DNA from: Macrostomum hystrix
Lineage: Eukaryota > Animalia > Platyhelminthes
Assembly (NCBI GenBank): GCA_950097015.1
Contig: CATNEN010000038.1
Coordinates: 9,300,001 to 9,364,000, forward strand
Length of the DNA stretch: 64,000 bases
Direction: 5' to 3'
This document shows, one piece after another, positions 61,564-64,000 of the stretch. The position numbers and the translations under genes were made by a program. The stretch's first letter is position 1. The number at the start of each line of letters is the position of its first letter. Below the pieces are notes generated by a model. It was not told the origin of the DNA. It worked only from the letters and a program-made list of their open reading frames with translations, and made no database searches.

Positions 61564-62454
61564 TAAATATTTTGTATTTTTGTGCTTTTTTGAATGCATC
61601 GATTAAGATTGTTATTCTATCGATTTCTCGATACTCATACACATACTCATATACGCATACTGTGAGGTGGTGTTCTGCTTTTTTTCTTGTAATTTTGCAA
61701 GCCTTACAAATCACCCAACGGCCAAAACAGCATTCGCTTTTTGTTAGATCTAATTAGGACTTCTAGTTGTTCTATTTTTAGACTATGCAAGTTGGTCTTC
61801 CTAAATTTGATTGGTTGGTTAAGTGTCGGGGGTTTTCCCGCCAGCGTTTCTAAAAATAACCACAACTGAAACCCTCAGCGTCCAATCAAATTTCGAGGCC
61901 ATACTCACTTATTGAATTTATGTCATTTTGGTTCCTTGAACTTGTACCCTTGTAAATAATTAAATCTACAAAATATCCAAGCAGTTAAAGAGATCATACT
62001 TTGTCATACTTTGTGTTATTTACTCATTACTGATGGTGTACTGATTTATTTATCTATTCAAAGTTATTAGATAACTGCTCATTATTAGTCAGTGTTAATT
62101 ATGTGTGTTATACGTCCTCTTTTGTTCTAGCTCTTCCTATGTGTGTGTACGAGTATATATAAAGAATTGTGGAATACAGTGCCTAATTTAAATTCAATGA
62201 ATTCAATTACTTATTGAAACATGTTGGCGTGTCCTAGCAAAACAATTATTTTCCTAATGCACATTAAAATATTGTCATTTATGCTTTTGTCTCTTCTTTA
62301 GAGGTAGAAAAAAACTTTGTGACGACCAAACCCTTTGTTTTCATTTTTTCACTGTAAAAATCCTTCTGATTGGTCAGATTTCTGTAAAATCTAAAGACTG
62401 ATCTATGGGTAATTTTTGACATCTAGATACGATTTTGAGATGTGATATTTAAAG

Positions 62455-63395
62455 ACAGTTCCTATAAGTGGATATTTTTGATCTTGCGACAGTTCCAGTA
62501 GGTAGATTTGGGATATCTAGAGACAGTTCCAGTAGGTAGATTTGGGATATCTAGAGACAGTTCCAGTAGGTAGATTTAAGATATCTAGAGACAGTTCCAG
62601 TAGGTAGATTTGTGTGATCTAGAGACAGTTCCAGTAGGTAGATTTAGGATATCTAGAGACAGTTCCAGTAGGTAGATTTGGGATATCTAGAGACAGTTCC
62701 AGTAGGTAGATTTGTGTGATCTAGAGACAGTTCCAGTAGGTAGATTTGTGATATCTAGAGACAGTTCCAGTAGGTAGATTTGTGTGATCTAGAGACAGTT
62801 CCAGTAGGTAGATTTGGGATATCTAGAGACAGTTCCAGTAGGTAGATTTGTGATATCTAGAGACAGTTCCAGTAGGTAGATTTGTGTGATCTAGAAACAG
62901 TTCCAGTAGGTAGATTTAGGATATCTAGAGACAGTTCCAGTAGGTAGATTTGGGATATCTAGAGACAGTTCCAGTAGGTAGATTTGTGTGATCTAAAGAC
63001 AGTTCCAGTAGGTAGATTTGTGTGATCTAGAGACAGTTCCAGTAGGTAGATTTAGGATATCTAGAGACAGTTCCAGTAGGTAGATTTGTGATATCTAGAT
63101 ACAGTTCCAGTAGGTAGATTTGGGATATCTACAGACAGTTCTAGTAGGTAGATTTGGGATATCTAGAGACAGTTCCGGTAGGTAGATTTGTGTGATCTAG
63201 CGATATCTAGGGATATCTAGATTTGGATATCTAGATGTGGATATCTAGATTTGGAATATCTAGAGACAGTTCCAGTAGGTAGATTTGGGATATCTAGAGA
63301 CAGTTCCAGCAAATAGATTTGGGATATCTAGAGACAGTCCTAGTAGGTAGATTTGTGTGATCTAGAGACAGTTCCAGTAGGTAGATTTAGGATAT
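62455..63395. repeat. 34-bp minisatellite
   Basis: Unit atctagagacagttccagtaggtagatttgggat. Confidence 0.93.
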
Positions 63396-63523
63396 AGATC
63401 CAGTTAGTAGAGTCAGTCATTATTTTTCTTCATTCCGCAGCTTGCTTCTCAATCAGTCCGCAGCCAACAGTCTTTCAAGATGACTTCCTTCTGTCAGCCC
63501 GTGCAGAGCGGCAAGGCGTAGCT

Positions 63524-63887
63524 ATGGAGCCTCTCAAACTGCTGGCAGTCCGGCACCCCATTCTTGCCAGATGCCGCCGCTGCTGCATGACCTACGCCAG
63601 GGCGCTGAAATCGCTGAAGCCGCTTCTGCAGGCCATCCACCCGGACCTATTCGAGGCCCAGCCCAAACTCCAGGCTGTCAACGTGGCTTCCCTGCAGCGG
63701 CTGCATCTTCTGCTCAGCGATCTCAGCCAGGGTCGCGTCGTTCACGGATCGCGGCATGACTTCCGCTTCTACCTGAAGCGGGGCACCGAGGCGGCTACCA
63801 CGCTGAGTGTCACCTCCAGCGGCAGCCTCGGCGACTCCGTCCAGCAGATCCTCGGACAGCTGGGCTCACCCGCTGCCACTGAGGGCG
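63524..63887 (+). CDS. TCAIM: First coding exon of T-cell activation inhibitor, mitochondrial (DUF4460) homolog; continues beyond window
   Basis: LKPLLQAIHPDLF..QP.....N..SLQRL and FRFYL match the DUF4460 pattern; donor G|GTAAGA at 63888; acceptor ttccgcag at 63440. Confidence 0.75.
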
Positions 63888-63895
63888 GTAAGATC

Positions 63896-64000
63896 ATCTC
63901 ACCTGTATCACCTACCTGTTATCCTGACATCTCACCTGTATCACCTACCTGTTAACCTGACATCTCACCTGTATCACCTACCTGTTATCCTGACATCTCA
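63896..64000. repeat. 33-bp intronic minisatellite (runs off window)
   Basis: Unit atctcacctgtatcacctacctgttatcctgac. Confidence 0.85.

Overview
Eukaryotic (animal) genomic DNA with spliceosomal introns, GC3-rich exons and many minisatellites. It is most consistent with a free-living flatworm such as Macrostomum; this is inferred from style and from a flatworm-type orphan GPCR, not proven. Genes reconstructed by hand from splice sites and frame: the tail of a Gly-rich (ALK/LTK-type) gene (+), an 8-exon ~1321-aa SH3-SH3-ankyrin-linker-ankyrin-caspase gene (-), stum (-), SmG (-), an orphan rhodopsin-like GPCR with a polyQ loop (-), CISD3 (-), FARSA (-), KCTD9 (-), MAEA (+), an aldo-keto reductase (+) and the start of TCAIM (+). 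Repeats include an 86-copy 44-bp satellite, about a dozen 15-35-bp minisatellites, two tRNA-derived SINE families (one CORE-type), a solo LTR, several MITEs with TSDs and a truncated non-LTR insertion. The main novelty candidate is the SH3/ankyrin-prodomain caspase: it has an intact catalytic dyad and Asp pocket, no death-fold domain, an Asp-free inter-subunit linker and an internal SH3-ligand motif. A secondary signal is CpG-void, AT-rich zones just downstream of putative promoters, which separate promoter-proximal genes from possible trans-spliced downstream cistrons.
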